In this document: positions 39,908 to 55,568 of the stretch, piece by piece | How positions within the stretch are numbered: the stretch's first letter is position 1 | Layout: each line of letters starts with the position of its first letter | Assembly: GCA_964016885.1 (NCBI GenBank) | Contig: OZ024762.1 | Location: 682,001 to 746,000 of the forward strand | Direction: 5' to 3' | DNA from: Eledone cirrhosa | Lineage: Eukaryota | DNA length: 64,000 nt | Notes under the pieces: generated by a model | Told to the model about the DNA's origin: nothing | Seen by the model: the letters and a program-made list of their open reading frames with translations, nothing else | The model's database searches: none | Program-made: the position numbers and the translations under genes

Positions 39908-40234
39908 TAAATTTATTTTTGATTTATTTTTGTTTTTTTGTTTTTTGTTTTTCTTGTGTGTGAGTGAGAAGCGTATATATATAAATATGAGTATATATAT
40001 ATATATATATATATGTATATTCTGGTTATTTGAAATTAATTAAGTTAATGAAAAGACGAAAGTATATAATAATAATTTGTAGTTAAAGGAAAATGTACTC
40101 ACAAGTTCGTGTGTGTGTGTTTTAGTTAAGTATTTCAATATATATATATTTTTTTTTAAATTTATTTTTGATTTATTTTTGTTTTTTTGTTTTTCTTGTG
40201 TGTGAGTGAGAAGCGTATATATATAAATATGAGT

Positions 40235-40714
<480 letters not shown>

Positions 40715-41477
40715 GTATGTGTGTGTCAATATATAGATAGATAGATCTAGATATAAAAAGCACCCAGCAGACACTGTAAATGTGGTTGGCATTCAGCTGT
40801 AGAAACCGAGCCAAAATCTGCCTCAGGTGAGCTAAACATGGTCCTCAGACCTGATTTTCTCCCTAAGGGTCAACCCGTCCTACACATGCACATGGTTTCA
40901 TTTCCAGGGTCAGCTGCTGTATTGCGTCCTTGAGCAAGACTTTTTTATTTCCCCTTGCTCCAGTCCACTGTGTCCTTGAACAAGAGACTTTATTTCACGT
41001 TGCTCCAGTCCACTGTGTCCTTGAACAAGAGACTTTATTTCACGTTGCTCCAGTCCACTGTGTGGAATGGGTGCTTTTTGTGGGGATGTAAAATATGGAC
41101 ACACACACAGTACACACCGCACATGCACACACATACACAGTACACACCGCACATGCACACACATACACAATACACACCGCACATGCACACACACACACAC
41201 CACACACACACAGTACACACCGCACATGCACACACATACACAGTACACACCGCACATGCACACACACACACACCACACACACACAGTACACACCGCACAT
41301 GCACACACACACAGTAGAAACCCCACATTATAACGAAATTCAAGGGGTATAAAAAATATATATATAAAAAATTCGTTGTAACGAAAAATTCTTTATAACG
41401 AGATCGACCTAACATATCGGGCGTGTAGCCGGGGATTGAAATATGGTATTCATTATAACGGAATTTTACCTGTATTC

Positions 41478-41509
<32 letters not shown>

Positions 41510-41676
41510 ATATATATATATGTGTGTGTGTGTGTATATATATATGTGTGTGTATACATATATATGTGTGTGTGTGTATATATATATATATGTGTGTGTG
41601 TATACATATATATGTGTGTGTGTGTATATATATATATGTGTGTGTGTATATATATGTGTGTGTGTATACATATATA

Positions 41677-41707
<31 letters not shown>

Positions 41708-41966
41708 GTGTGTGTGTAAGATAATTCCGAAGGAAAGAAGAGTGCTCTATGTATAGAACAGAGCTATTTAATATACGTCTGGATCCAGACCTTTGGTAAT
41801 GGAGTAGTTATATATTATTTTGTTCACTTTCTAATTATATATATATGTGTGTGTGTGTGTATGTGTGTGTGTGTGTGCGTGTGTGTGTGCGGGTGTTAGG
41901 TAATTCCGAAGGAAAAAAGGAGTGTTCTATGTATAAAACACAGTTATTTAGTTGTTGTTCACTTTC

Positions 41967-42046
<80 letters not shown>

Positions 42047-42371
42047 TATACAGATACACGTGGGTGTTCTTCTACACGCGCGTGTCGTCGCACGTATGTA
42101 GAAATCGGTGCGACCAACAAATAATACCTCGTGTTATTTATTCCGTCAGAATCACACTCGCTATTGAAACCTTTCAACGGCGATGCTATTTTGCCCGGAA
42201 AAAAATATTTTTAATACAATAACAGATTGAAGTTTAAGTAAAGAATCGCTGCTTTCACCCTTAGCACCTTCAGAAGATCCCGTTAAGGGCGAAAGCACCG
42301 ATTCTTTGCTTTAACTTTAATCTGTTATTTTAAAACTGCACTATCCACATAACCTTCATATCATGTCTTCC

Positions 42372-42442
42372 TATTTTATCTGATGAAAACACAAATGTTA
42401 TTGCATGATGATATTTGTTTTTGAAATGCACATAATAAAATA
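42372..42442 (+). ncRNA. Family-A hammerhead fold
   Basis: TATTTTAT CTGATGA ... GAAA TGCACA TA ATAAAATA. Confidence 0.7.
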
Positions 42443-42479
42443 CATGGAACTCTTTTAACCATCTTTTGATCTTATATAT

Positions 42480-42515
<36 letters not shown>

Positions 42516-42698
42516 ATTATTTTATATATATATATATTATTATTATATATATATATATACATGTAAACATGTCAGGAAATATGAATTTTCATGTAAATTG
42601 ATATAAAGACATAAACATCTTAAATTGATTTTCGGAAACACGTATTTGATCGGCTTATATATATTTACGCACAGTAGTATAGTGAAACACGTACTATA

Positions 42699-42791
<93 letters not shown>

Positions 42792-42898
42792 TGAATGAGA
42801 TGGGGTGAATAATCCGAGGAAACTTTAGCACCTGTATATATCGCCTTATATATCCAGACTGAATGCTCTAAGCCCTTGGATATTTCTACCAAATTTGT

Positions 42899-42987
<89 letters not shown>

Positions 42988-44161
42988 GTTAGACAGGTAG
43001 ACAGACAGATAGATCGATATAAATAATACATTGAGCGACCTGATAATATATAAGAGATTATTGCGCGTGGAATGCCTTTGATCCTAGAGGCTGTGTTAGG
43101 CCGAGGGTTAAATACAATAACACGTTTGACTTCAGTGCAATCCAACACCTTGTGTTTGTTTAACCCTTGGCCAACAGTGACCCTAAAAAGACTGTTCTAG
43201 AATCACACACATTCTATCTGGTCTTCTTTTAAGGGGTCATGTAAGAAGAAAGATTAGATTATCGGGTGTAGGATTTCCTAATTGGGGTCAACAGTAGGTT
43301 CGGTTAGTCATCATGTGGTTAGAATGTCTCAGGAAAGAATTGCTGGACAGACTTTTACGGGATGGGGGTCAAAAGCAACCGGCAGGAGACCCAGGAGTAG
43401 ACCTACCCCGAGCAAAGATGGTTGGATAACATCCATGAGCTTGTCTTGTGATCCAGCTGGATCAGTTGGGGACAGTTGCTTCTGATAGAACCCTTTAGAA
43501 GCAGGGTTGGACCTTGGGAAGGCAGGGGAACTTTACACAAAAAATTAGAATACAAAGCAAACCCCCCAATTTTACTTATCAAATTTAGCTTTTCGCAAAT
43601 AATTGGAATTGAAAAGTTTATAACATACAGGTATTAAATTAAAAATGTCTAACCATCCTAAAGCTAAAAAGCCCAGCCGAAGGTACAAATAAATTGCTAC
43701 GGCCGTCGCTGGTGAGACCCGGGGTAATTGCCCCTTTCTTCCTCATTAAACCCGGCCCTGTCTAGGAGTGTTTCAGGACTTTGACCTCACGACACTCTCA
43801 GGAATAAGTAGAAGAAGAAATAGTTTCGGCTGCTCTTATTTGCAAGTCTATGCACATGTTCTACCTACCACCTCGTTGTGGTTGTTTAACCCCAGGTCAG
43901 CCCTTATCAGGAAAAAACTTTTGATCAAAACCCTTCCAACCGCGACAATCCCGTCCTTTACAACTATTCAACATGTCCCCTTTTTAAGACGGTTGATTTA
44001 AGTGTCTTGAGGGAGACATCGTTGTTATCTCTAGCAGGTCGAATGGCTATGTAGCGGTACGTTCGTTTTCCCGTGAAAAGTGCGTGTGATGCTATATATA
44101 TACATATAGTGTTGCCATGTGCGTTTTATATATGTATGATGTACATATCTATGTGTATATG

Positions 44162-44211
<50 letters not shown>

Positions 44212-44307
44212 GATGAGATTCTACAGGACTAGAACTGTTTCATTCTTTAGAAATCATCAGATGTATATATACATACATGTGTGTGTATATATATGAATAC
44301 ATGCGTG

Positions 44308-44341
<34 letters not shown>

Positions 44342-45944
44342 AGTGTATCCCAGGTTCAACCAGGGGTAACCACAGTAAGTAAGGTACTCAATACAGAGCG
44401 GAGTATAAATATTTAATATAGAAATGGCTTCTTCGGGACTAGAACTGTTTCAGTCGAAGAAAATCATCATTTATATATATATATATAAACAAAGATACAA
44501 ACGAGAAGAGGGGAAACATTTCACATAGAAAATATGTCTTCTTTCGCTGAAAATGTAGCTTTTTCCATGTCTAAATATGTAATTGTTATGAAAACCTCGT
44601 GTTTTCTGGCTTCGGAAAAATATACGATAATCGGCTAAAGCGTTAATACTCTGACCAAGATACTCTCATGGAATGACCAAATGAGGTTTATTTTTCAACA
44701 TAGTCCCTAGAAAGAAACAATGCAGTAGGTGAAATTAATGCATGTAAGATTTCACAGCTCTAGCATCACTCCTTCATAGTCAGTCTATGAACCTTTCAGA
44801 CGTATATAGGGGATTAAGAACGAAATAAGTCCCTTTTATTTCTCTCAACAAACCGACAGAGAAACGTGCAAATATTTCGTTTTTTTGTGTTTTACTAATT
44901 ATAATTACTTTGTAAATAACTCCACAAAAGTAATTAAGCAGAAATTTCCTCAAAAGATATTTATTATTTATTAAACAACCTGTGGTGGTTGTGTTTGTAC
45001 CTGAAGACGAGTGTACAGCTGGCTACCTTTAGACAGACAGACAGACATATACTAAAGCATCACGTAAGAAGGAATTATTGGATCCAAATTGGTTAACACA
45101 TGCCAATGTTGTGGTTTACCATTTAGCTTAGTCTAAATCGAATAGATCGAACAATTAAAGCGATTACAACCGTGACCAACCCGATCAAAAATAAATATTT
45201 TATTATTGTATTATATTTCTAAATTTATAAGGTTCCAGGTAATATTTAATTATAGGTATAATATACACGAGGGGAGGCTGAATGTGAAGGAATGATGTAA
45301 GAGCTGTGAAATCTTGCATCTATTAATTGCACCTCTTCTGACTAATATCTGCATTGTTTCTTTCTAGGGACTATGTTTAAAAATAAACTTCATTTAGTCA
45401 TTCCATGAGAGTATCTTGGTCAGACTATGAAGAAGTGATGCTAGAGCTGTGAAATCTTGCAAGCATTAATTTCACCTCTTCTGACTAACAACTGCATTGT
45501 TTCTTTCTGGGGACTATGTTTAAAAATAAACCTCATTTGGTCATTCCATGAGAGTATCTTTGCTAGACCTATGAACCTTTCAACCAAGCCGCGATTTCTA
45601 TCTGATATAAATGTAATAAAAAAAATGTACATATCTATCTAGGACTACCTCGACTAAATGTGTACCTCTTATTCCTTATTTAAATAAGATTTTTCTTTTG
45701 TTTTTTAAGGGAGATTTGACTCATATTTCTTGCAAGGTTAGCTGGGTTTCTGTCGATCGCGTGTGTGAATTTGTGAGTATTTAGTAGTAATAATAGTTGT
45801 AAGGTTAGATGCTGAGAGAGAGAGAGAGAAAGTCAGACACATATATATATGTATATATATGTATATATATATATAGAGAGAGAGAGAGGGGGGAGAGAGA
45901 GAGAGAGCGAAACACGCACTTGCTAAATTACAAAAACAAAAAAA

Positions 45945-45991
<47 letters not shown>

Positions 45992-46280
45992 AACCATCAA
46001 TTAAGGTATGGAATAAAAAATCAACAGAAGGATCTACAAATGATACAGCTTTGGAATCGAAACCGCGGCAGCGACACTGGGAAGTTGAGTCGGTAGAGTG
46101 TCGCACTTTACAATCACACGATTACAACAGAAGTGAAAGATAAATATAAAACTGAACATCACAAGAGATAAAAAAGAAAAAAGAAAAACAGGCAAATTAT
46201 AAAACTATATATATATATATATATATTATTATTATATATATATATATATTCATACATGTATACATAAAAAATACATGTTT

Positions 46281-46319
<39 letters not shown>

Positions 46320-46330
46320 CACATGTATAC

Positions 46331-46373
<43 letters not shown>

Positions 46374-46414
46374 GTGTGGATATATATAAGTACATGTATA
46401 TGTATATATATATG

Positions 46415-46489
<75 letters not shown>

Positions 46490-46490
46490 A

Positions 46491-46565
<75 letters not shown>

Positions 46566-46639
46566 ATGTGTGTGTATGTATATATATATATATATATAAT
46601 GGATATATAATTTGTCATTGTCCAAGTTAAAATACTCAC

Positions 46640-46760
46640 GCTATGTAAAATGTAGAAGCGATCACTGTTTGGTTTGTAAATTGTATCAATTAAAAAAATA
46701 TATTTACAAATAGCGAAGTACCGACATGCTCACTCATATGGCACTGCCGCCATTTTGAAC
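46640..46760 (-). promoter_or_regulatory. Candidate promoter / first exon (possibly of the SLC20 gene)
   Basis: YY1-type CAAAATGGCGGC at 46746-46757, donor-like GTGAGTA at 46639 and GTGAGC at 46733, in a unique island next to a (CT)n tract. Confidence 0.35.
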
Positions 46761-46811
46761 CCTCTCTCTCTGTCTCTCTCTCTCTTTCTGTCTCTCTTTC
46801 TCTATAGCTTT

Positions 46812-46883
<72 letters not shown>

Positions 46884-47619
46884 TCTTTGTCTTTCTCGCT
46901 CTCTCTCTTTCTTTTGTCTTTCCCTCTCTTTCTCTTTGTCTATATCACCATTATCCTTTGGATCTCCCCCCTCTCTCTTTCTACAAATATCTGCATTTTA
47001 CTTTTTCGTCTGCTTCTCTCTCTACCTAACTATCTCTCTCTCTCTCTCTACCTAACTATCTCTCTCTCTCTCTCTACCTAACTATCTCTCTCTCTCTACC
47101 TAACTATCTCTCTCTCTCTCTCTCTACCTAACTATATCTCTCTCACTCTCTCTCTCTCTCTACCTAACTATCTCTCTCTCTCTCTCTACCTAACTATATC
47201 TCTCTCACTCTCTCTCTCTCTACCTAACTAGCTCTCTCTCTACCTACCTAACTCTCTCTCTCTATATCACCATTCAACACTATATATTTAGTTTACTACT
47301 GATGCACCACCCCTTTTTTCTCTTTTTGCTCCTTCTCTCCCTCTCCCACTCTCTCTCTGTTCACCCCCTCTCTCTCTGTTCCCCCTCCCTTTCTCTCTTC
47401 TATTACCCTCTCTAAACTATGTTCTCTTACCTCTATTATATCCTTACTCTGTCTCTCTCTACTTCTCATGTTTGCAACACATGCAGACCAGAATAAGTGA
47501 ACACGCGTTTAGCTCGCACTGCCATACATACACATATATACATATATATATACATATATATATATATATACACACATACACACACATACACATACATATA
47601 CATATATATATATATACAT

Positions 47620-47664
<45 letters not shown>

Positions 47665-48690
47665 CACACACGTATACACATACATATACACATACATACA
47701 CACACACATACACATATATACATATATACACATACACACATACACACACACATATATATATATATACACATATACACACACGTATACACATACACATACA
47801 CTCACACGTATATACACATACACACACACACACAAACACAAACACACACACACACATACACACACACATATATATATATATATATCAATAATATTAATAA
47901 ATGGAAAATATCTTTATAAAACCATATTTATTTCATTATACGTATTTCAGGGGTTCTAATATTTTAGTACGCTTTCGTCAGATGAAATACAATAATTGGT
48001 GTAAAGATAGTGACATATCCTCATGTGAACTTCATGGTATAAGTTCACATCCTCAATGAACTTATAACATGAAGTTTTCCAGTTGGCGGGTGGAAACAAT
48101 GGCGTTCTCGGGGAGCTGCTGGGATTTTACAAAAATCAAAATCTCTTGGGTTCCCAATAATAAGGGACTTGGAATAAACGGGGGGGGGGGGTCTGAAAAA
48201 TGTGTTAGTGGGGGAGGGGACGCTTATTCGGGATCCGAGAGTAGCCATTATCTTTTTTTTTTCAGAGGACTTAGGAAGCAGCAGCAGCAACAACAACAAC
48301 AACAACAACGACGACGACAAGAACAACAGCAGCAGCAGCAGCAGTAACAGCAGTAGCAACAACAACAACAGCAGCATCAACAGCAGTAGCAGCAACAACA
48401 ACAACAATAGTAGCAGCAACAACAACAACAATAGTAGCAGCAGCAACAACAACAACAACAGTAGCAGCAACAACAACAACAGTAGCAGCAGCAGCAGTCG
48501 CAGTGTTGTCATCTGGCATGTTGCCAGATGTTCCTCTGTACTCTACCAGATGTGAGACCATGTGGTTGATAAGTCAACTGTTGTATTCTATAAAGCAGAA
48601 CTTCTGAAAGGAGAGCTACATTTAACCAAGGGAGGTAACTGGGGAGAATGAAATACAATCCCAGTTACATGTTCTAGTCCTGTGGAAGCC

Positions 48691-48772
<82 letters not shown>

Positions 48773-49042
48773 CACAAAGAGAAGTGTGTTACACAGAGAG
48801 ATGTGTGTAAAGAATTATTACAAGTGAGTTTTAGTTTTTTTCTATTTAATTGTTAAACCTGTAGATACAGTAACGGTAAAACTCACTTGTAATAATTCTT
48901 TACACACATCTCACTGTGTAACACACTTCTCTTTGTGTAATATATTTGCATTTGAGCTCAGAAGGAAATTCTCTATTCTTCTTTGAGCTAATACTATTAT
49001 TATTATTACAGTGAACTGCGGAATACTCTTAATTCCGATCTT

Positions 49043-49114
<72 letters not shown>

Positions 49115-49134
49115 TATATATATATATATATATA

Positions 49135-49209
<75 letters not shown>

Positions 49210-49244
49210 TATATATATATATATATATATATATAGTGTATATA

Positions 49245-49276
<32 letters not shown>

Positions 49277-49285
49277 GTGTATATA

Positions 49286-49316
<31 letters not shown>

Positions 49317-49374
49317 TGTTGATTTAACACTTCACTGCTCGCAAGTGTTTTTTAAGCTTCATATCATGTCTCCC

Positions 49375-49445
49375 TATTTTATCTGATGAGAACGCAAATA
49401 TCATCCCATGATGATATTTGTTTTTGAAATGCGCATAATAAAATA
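49375..49445 (+). ncRNA. Family-A hammerhead fold
   Basis: TATTTTAT CTGATGA GAACGCAAATATCATC-CCAT-GATGATATTTGTTTTT GAAA TGCGCA TA ATAAAATA. Confidence 0.8.
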
Positions 49446-49475
49446 CTTGGAACTCTTTTAACCATCTTTTGATGT

Positions 49476-49533
<58 letters not shown>

Positions 49534-50130
49534 TATTTATATATACATTCATATATATATATATATCCAAAATTAAAATTAAGGGTTTTCATGTCTGAGA
49601 GACATGCGCGATATCCACCGTAGAATAAGCTCAAAAATTAGATCCGAGCATTACATATCAACTAGAAATAGATTGACATATATATATATATATATATAAA
49701 ATAAATACATGAAACAATGACAGGGAATAATTTGTAAAGAATGTAAGCACACATAGCTAGGTAGGTAACCAATTAAAGTTTGACTAGAACTTCAAATATA
49801 GATACCTTTTAAAATGATTAATATATATATATATATCGTTTCTGAATTTGTTTAGCAAGATTCTTTATCTGAAAACGTGTGTTGAAACCGATATTGTTAT
49901 AATTTGGGTCAGAACAAAGGTGAGGCACAAAACAAAGAAAAGAAACCCCGGTCACAGATGAGGTCACAGAATGTGTGACGAAAGAACTTTGACAATATAT
50001 GAACAACCGTCCGGTAGTGGAACCAACCAACCGGAAATTTATGAATTTTTTTTTTTTAATTGATAATAAATTGGAGTGAAAGCAACTGGTGCGTGTGTTT
50101 CTTAATGGCAACATGACCCTCCCAAAGTAT

Positions 50131-50212
<82 letters not shown>

Positions 50213-50565
50213 ATGTGTTACGTAATTCCAAAGGGAAATAGAGTACTCTATGTATAGAACAGAGCTATTTAATTAGAAAGTGAACAACACAAAATATAAC
50301 TACTCCATTACCAAAGGTTTCTGGATCACAGACGAAAATAATATACGGCTGCATCGGTCGTCAGACAGAGACATTATAGATAAAAGATCTCTGTCTGACG
50401 AACTACCCAGATGTATATTAATATCGTCTGTGATCCAGAAACCTTTGGTAATGGAGTAGTTATATTTTGTGTTGTTCCCTTTCTAATTAGTCCAGAAATA
50501 GCCGTCGAAACGGCTTTGGCTCTGCCGTCGGGGTCATACTTTTTCCTATATATAGTATATATATT

Positions 50566-50631
<66 letters not shown>

Positions 50632-50711
50632 GGGTTTAATCGGGGGTAACCACAGTAAGTAAGGTACTCAATACATTAGTAGAGTGTCAACAATAAATTT
50701 AGTATATAAAT

Positions 50712-50762
50712 GGCTTCTACAGGACTAGAACTGTTTCATTCGTAGGAAATCATCAGGAAGCC
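50712..50762 (-). ncRNA. Type I hammerhead (family H) inside a near-perfect palindrome; partial copies at ~23745-23830, 44220-44260, 44425-44470
   Basis: GGCTTC CTGATGA TTTC-CTAC-GAAT GAAA CAG-TTCTAGTC-CTG TA^GAAGCC. Confidence 0.75.
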
Positions 50763-52515
50763 TGATGATTTCCTTCGAATGAAACAGTTCTAGTCCTGTA
50801 GAAGCCATTTCTACATTAAACATTATGTATGTGATCCTTCAAGATATAGTAATGCACCTTTCTGGGGTTCGAGCCCCTTAAAGTTTCACAGAGGACTCTT
50901 GGTGACTGACAGTTTGTCTTGGGAACGCCTACATTAATAATTGTTTCTACTTTTAGCACAAGGCCAGCAATTACCTCAGTGTATTACTGGTACTTTATTT
51001 TATCGGCCACGTAAGGGCGAAAGGCAAAGCTAACCTCGGCGGGATCTGAACTCAGATCATAAAGGGCCGTAACTCTATGCTGCAAAGCATGGCGTCCGAC
51101 CCTTTTTCGTTTAAATTTAAGCAATAGCAACGCCATGCCTACCTGAAGTGGGCGGGACTACATGACACGCATGTCTGAAGTGGGCGGGGCTACGTGACAC
51201 GCCTATCCGAAGTGGGCGATGTTACATGACACGCCCACTTTGGAAATGAATGGTTTTTGAAGGGTTTGTGTGTGACTTGACAATTGTTGGTCAGGCCAGT
51301 GTTAGGACCAGCGATACCATTGAAGCTAACTAGGCAACCATCTAGGGTGCACGCCTCAAGAGGTGTGTGTGGGGGGGGGGGGGGCATTACTGAAACTTGA
51401 AGGATCGTAGTTTTATACCAAATATGTATAATTAATTTAAATATTATAATTTCCTGTCAATCATCTTTAAATATGTCGCTAAAACATCTTGGCTGCAAAA
51501 GTAGTGTTGTGGAAATATTCCAAGTGGTGGAGAGGGTGGTATGGTACTATGGCCTGTCAGTTGAAGTAGCGTGGAGGATGTGGACTGTGCAGTAGAAAAT
51601 ACAGGCTTAGTAATTTGGATGTTCAGGTCACAGCAACAATTATGAAAAAAAACTAGGTTCGTCAGTATACCAGACTGTAAGTAGAAATTATTTTATTAGG
51701 TAGGATGGGGCGCATAATTAGGAGATGGGCTTATACTGCAGAGGTAACCTAGGGTGGTGAATACCCAGGTACACATTGTAGAGGTGACCTAGGGTAGTAA
51801 ATAGCCTGGCAGACATGGTGGTTATGGTGGTGGTGGGACCATACCATCCTACATCATACCATACCATGTTATACTACACCATACCATGTTACACCACACC
51901 ATACCATCCTACAACACACCACACCACACCACACCATCCTACAACACACCACACCACACCATCCTACAACACACCACACCATACCATCCTACAACACACC
52001 ACACCGCACCATACCATCCTACAACACACCACACCACACCACACCACACCACACCACACCATACCATCCTACAACACACCACACCACACCACACCATACC
52101 ATCCTACAACACACCACACCACACCACACCATACCATCCTACAACACACCACACCACACCACACCACACCATACCATCCTACAACACACCACACCACACC
52201 ACACCACACCATACCATCCTACAACACACCACACCACACCACACCATACCATCCTACAACACACCACACCACACCACACCATACCATCCTACAACACACC
52301 ACACCACACCACACCACACCATACCATCCTACAACACACCACACCACACCACACCACACCATACCATCCTACAACACACCACACCACACCATACCATCCT
52401 ACAACACACCACACCACACCATACCATCGTTCAATGGTAAACCTTGTCTTATAAATTATTCACAAGTCATTTCTAAGGTTTCACCAACCATTTCACATTA
52501 AGTTGTTCATATATT

Positions 52516-52572
<57 letters not shown>

Positions 52573-52666
52573 TGTCTCTCTCTCTCTCTCTCACTCTCTC
52601 TATCTCACACTCTCTCTCTCACACAGACACACTCTATCTATATCTCCATTTCTCTCACTTTCTCTA

Positions 52667-52760
<94 letters not shown>

Positions 52761-52809
52761 AGACATGCACAGAGAAACTCAAGCACACACATCTGCATTC
52801 TACATGATT

Positions 52810-52870
<61 letters not shown>

Positions 52871-52909
52871 TTGTGTATCTGTATATACATATATATATAT
52901 ATATATATC

Positions 52910-53100
52910 GAAGGAAATGTGGTAAGGAACCAGGTGGACCATAACGCACCAAAGTACTCAATACTTGAGGTAGTAGAGTGGGTAATAGGAACCAGTAAGA
53001 CCCCGACAGCTGAGCTCAAGCCGTTTCGACGGCTAATTCTGGTCCAGAATTAGCCGTCGAAACGGCTTGAGCTCAGCTGTCGGGGTCTTACTGGTTCCTA
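52910..53100 (-). mobile_element. Short TA-embedded element family carrying only the 3' half of a hammerhead; copies at ~7550-7680, 18310-18490, 23845-23900, 32975-33075, 35250-35450, 57878-58010
   Basis: Shared GGTAAGGAACCAGGTGGACCATAACGCACCAGAGTACTC...CCCCGACGGCTGAGCTCAAGCCGTTTCGAC. The minus strand reads GAAA-CGGCT..AGCYG-TC^GGGGTC. The 52986-53100 copy is a perfect ~56-bp-arm hairpin. Confidence 0.6.
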
Positions 53101-53295
53101 TATATATATATATCTATATATGTGTGTGTTTGTGTATCTGTATATACATATATATATATGTGTGTGTGTGAGTGCGTTTATATATATATATATATATTTA
53201 TATATACACACATATATATATATATATACATATATACATATACATATATATCATCATCATCGTTTAACGTCCATCTTCCACGCTTGCATGTGTAC

Positions 53296-53343
<48 letters not shown>

Positions 53344-53364
53344 GTGTGTGTGTTTGTGTATCTG

Positions 53365-53397
<33 letters not shown>

Positions 53398-53425
53398 ATG
53401 TGTGTGTGTATATGTGAGTGTGTGA

Positions 53426-53477
<52 letters not shown>

Positions 53478-53484
53478 CTATATG

Positions 53485-53536
<52 letters not shown>

Positions 53537-53557
53537 CGTGCGTGCGTGTGTGTGTGC

Positions 53558-53638
<81 letters not shown>

Positions 53639-54676
53639 CGCGTGTGTGTGCGTGTGTGTGTGCGTGTGTGTGTGTGTGTGAGAAAGCTGGTTTTGTTTCA
53701 GCCATGAGAATATGTCACGTCATTATCTCTTCTCGACATGCTATCTGTTCACTTTACCTCAGATGATTTACAGGAGACGGTTTTATAAACCTGGATCATC
53801 TTGCAACATACTTGGACACATGGTTACAGCTGGGGTCAGTTGGGGTCCACCGGTGTTTAGGGGTCACCTGATATCCTCATCCTGAGAGGTGGGGGTTGTT
53901 GTTATTGCAGCTTGTGTCGCTGGTCAAGGTCGGCGGGAGTATTTTTGCGGCCTTGTCCGCGGGGTACAGCCCCATTACTGCTGCGCCCTAGGCCCAGGGC
54001 CCAATCCCCCCCCCCCTCACGCCCTCCCATTCTTCTGTGACAAAAAAGCCCTAACCCTTCCCCTACTTTTCCGGGTTTTTTTAATAGATATTAATATAAT
54101 AATAATTAATGTTTCTACTTTTGGCACAAGGCCAGCAATTATCCCAGTGTATTACTGGTACTTTATTTTATCGACCCCGCAAGGACGAAAGGCAAAGTTA
54201 ACCTCGGGATTTGAACTCAGACCATAAAGGGCGGTAATTCTTTTATAATGAAATTATTGTGTACAACCCTCAGGTGCAATATTTTACATTCCCTTCTTTT
54301 TTCTCAACCTAATATTTTTTCAACACAATCAATATATGAAGATATTTGGTTCTCCATTACGAGCTTCCTTTTCCCCGCAGTAATCTCAGTAATTCGTTGA
54401 AACTGCTGGAGGTTGAGATCTAACGAGCGTATTTTAATGTTTGTCACTTGTTCGCTTTCATCCATTCTATATCCTCCTATCTTCCCCACCTCCGAGTCAA
54501 CTCACATCTAGCCGCTCATCTCGTGTCCTTCCAGCTAATATTTTACCCAACACCCCATTCGACCGTATTTTGCTGTTCTAACACCTTCCATACGCCGAGT
54601 TTTCACATTTTACTGAGATTCCTATACACTTGCGTCTCAAAACTCTATTTTCGAGTTAAATTTGTTTATATATATT

Positions 54677-54754
<78 letters not shown>

Positions 54755-55495
54755 GTGTGTGTGTATAAGGACCACTTGTCGTGGAAACTGACGGGGGCCC
54801 GTGACAGCACTTGTCGAGTCTAAAATGTTATGAATGTTGTAAAGTCCTCGTTAAGAATTCTTGTCATGTTGTCAAGAGAACTTGACGGTTTCCATGGAAC
54901 GTCTTCATGTTGCTTTTACTGGTAATCAAACAACGACAGCAACAACAGCAACAGCAACAACTGCAACAGCAACAACAACAATAACAACAACAGCAATAAC
55001 AACAACAGCAACAACAACAACAGTCACAGCAACAACAACAACAGTCACAGCAACAACAACAAAATATAATTTCTGTCTTCAATATTATAGGAGTAATATA
55101 TATATATATATATATATATACACAGGGTGTCCCAAATAAATGTATACATACTAAAAGAGCATTCTAATAAATATTGCCTGGAAAGACAACAATTTTTGAG
55201 GGAGGGGAGAAGTTGATTAAATCGACCCTAGTGCATTACTGGTACTTTATTCTATTGACCTTGTAAAGATGAAGAGTAAAGTTAACCTCGGCGGGATTTG
55301 AACTCAGAACATAAAGGGATGTAACTCTATGCAGAAAAGCAAGGTGTCAAGCGCTCTACCGATTCAATTATTAATACATCGCCCTTATATGGAAAAATAA
55401 TTATAATAATATATTAAATATATTGTTACCCTAATATGGAAATATTGTATCAACATGAAAAAAAATTTTTTTAAAGATTTGTGCCAACCTCCGGA

Positions 55496-55568
55496 TGCCG
55501 AAACCCGGGATTGAACCAGGGACCTTTAGATCTTCAGTCTAACGCTCTCCCAACTGAGCTATTTCGGC
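55496..55568 (-). tRNA. tRNA-Phe (GAA)
   Basis: Reverse complement of GCCGAAATAGCTCAGTTGGGAGAGCGTTAGACTGAAGATCTAAAGGTCCCTGGTTCAATCCCGGGTTTCGGCA, a canonical metazoan tRNA-Phe of 73 nt. Confidence 0.96.
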
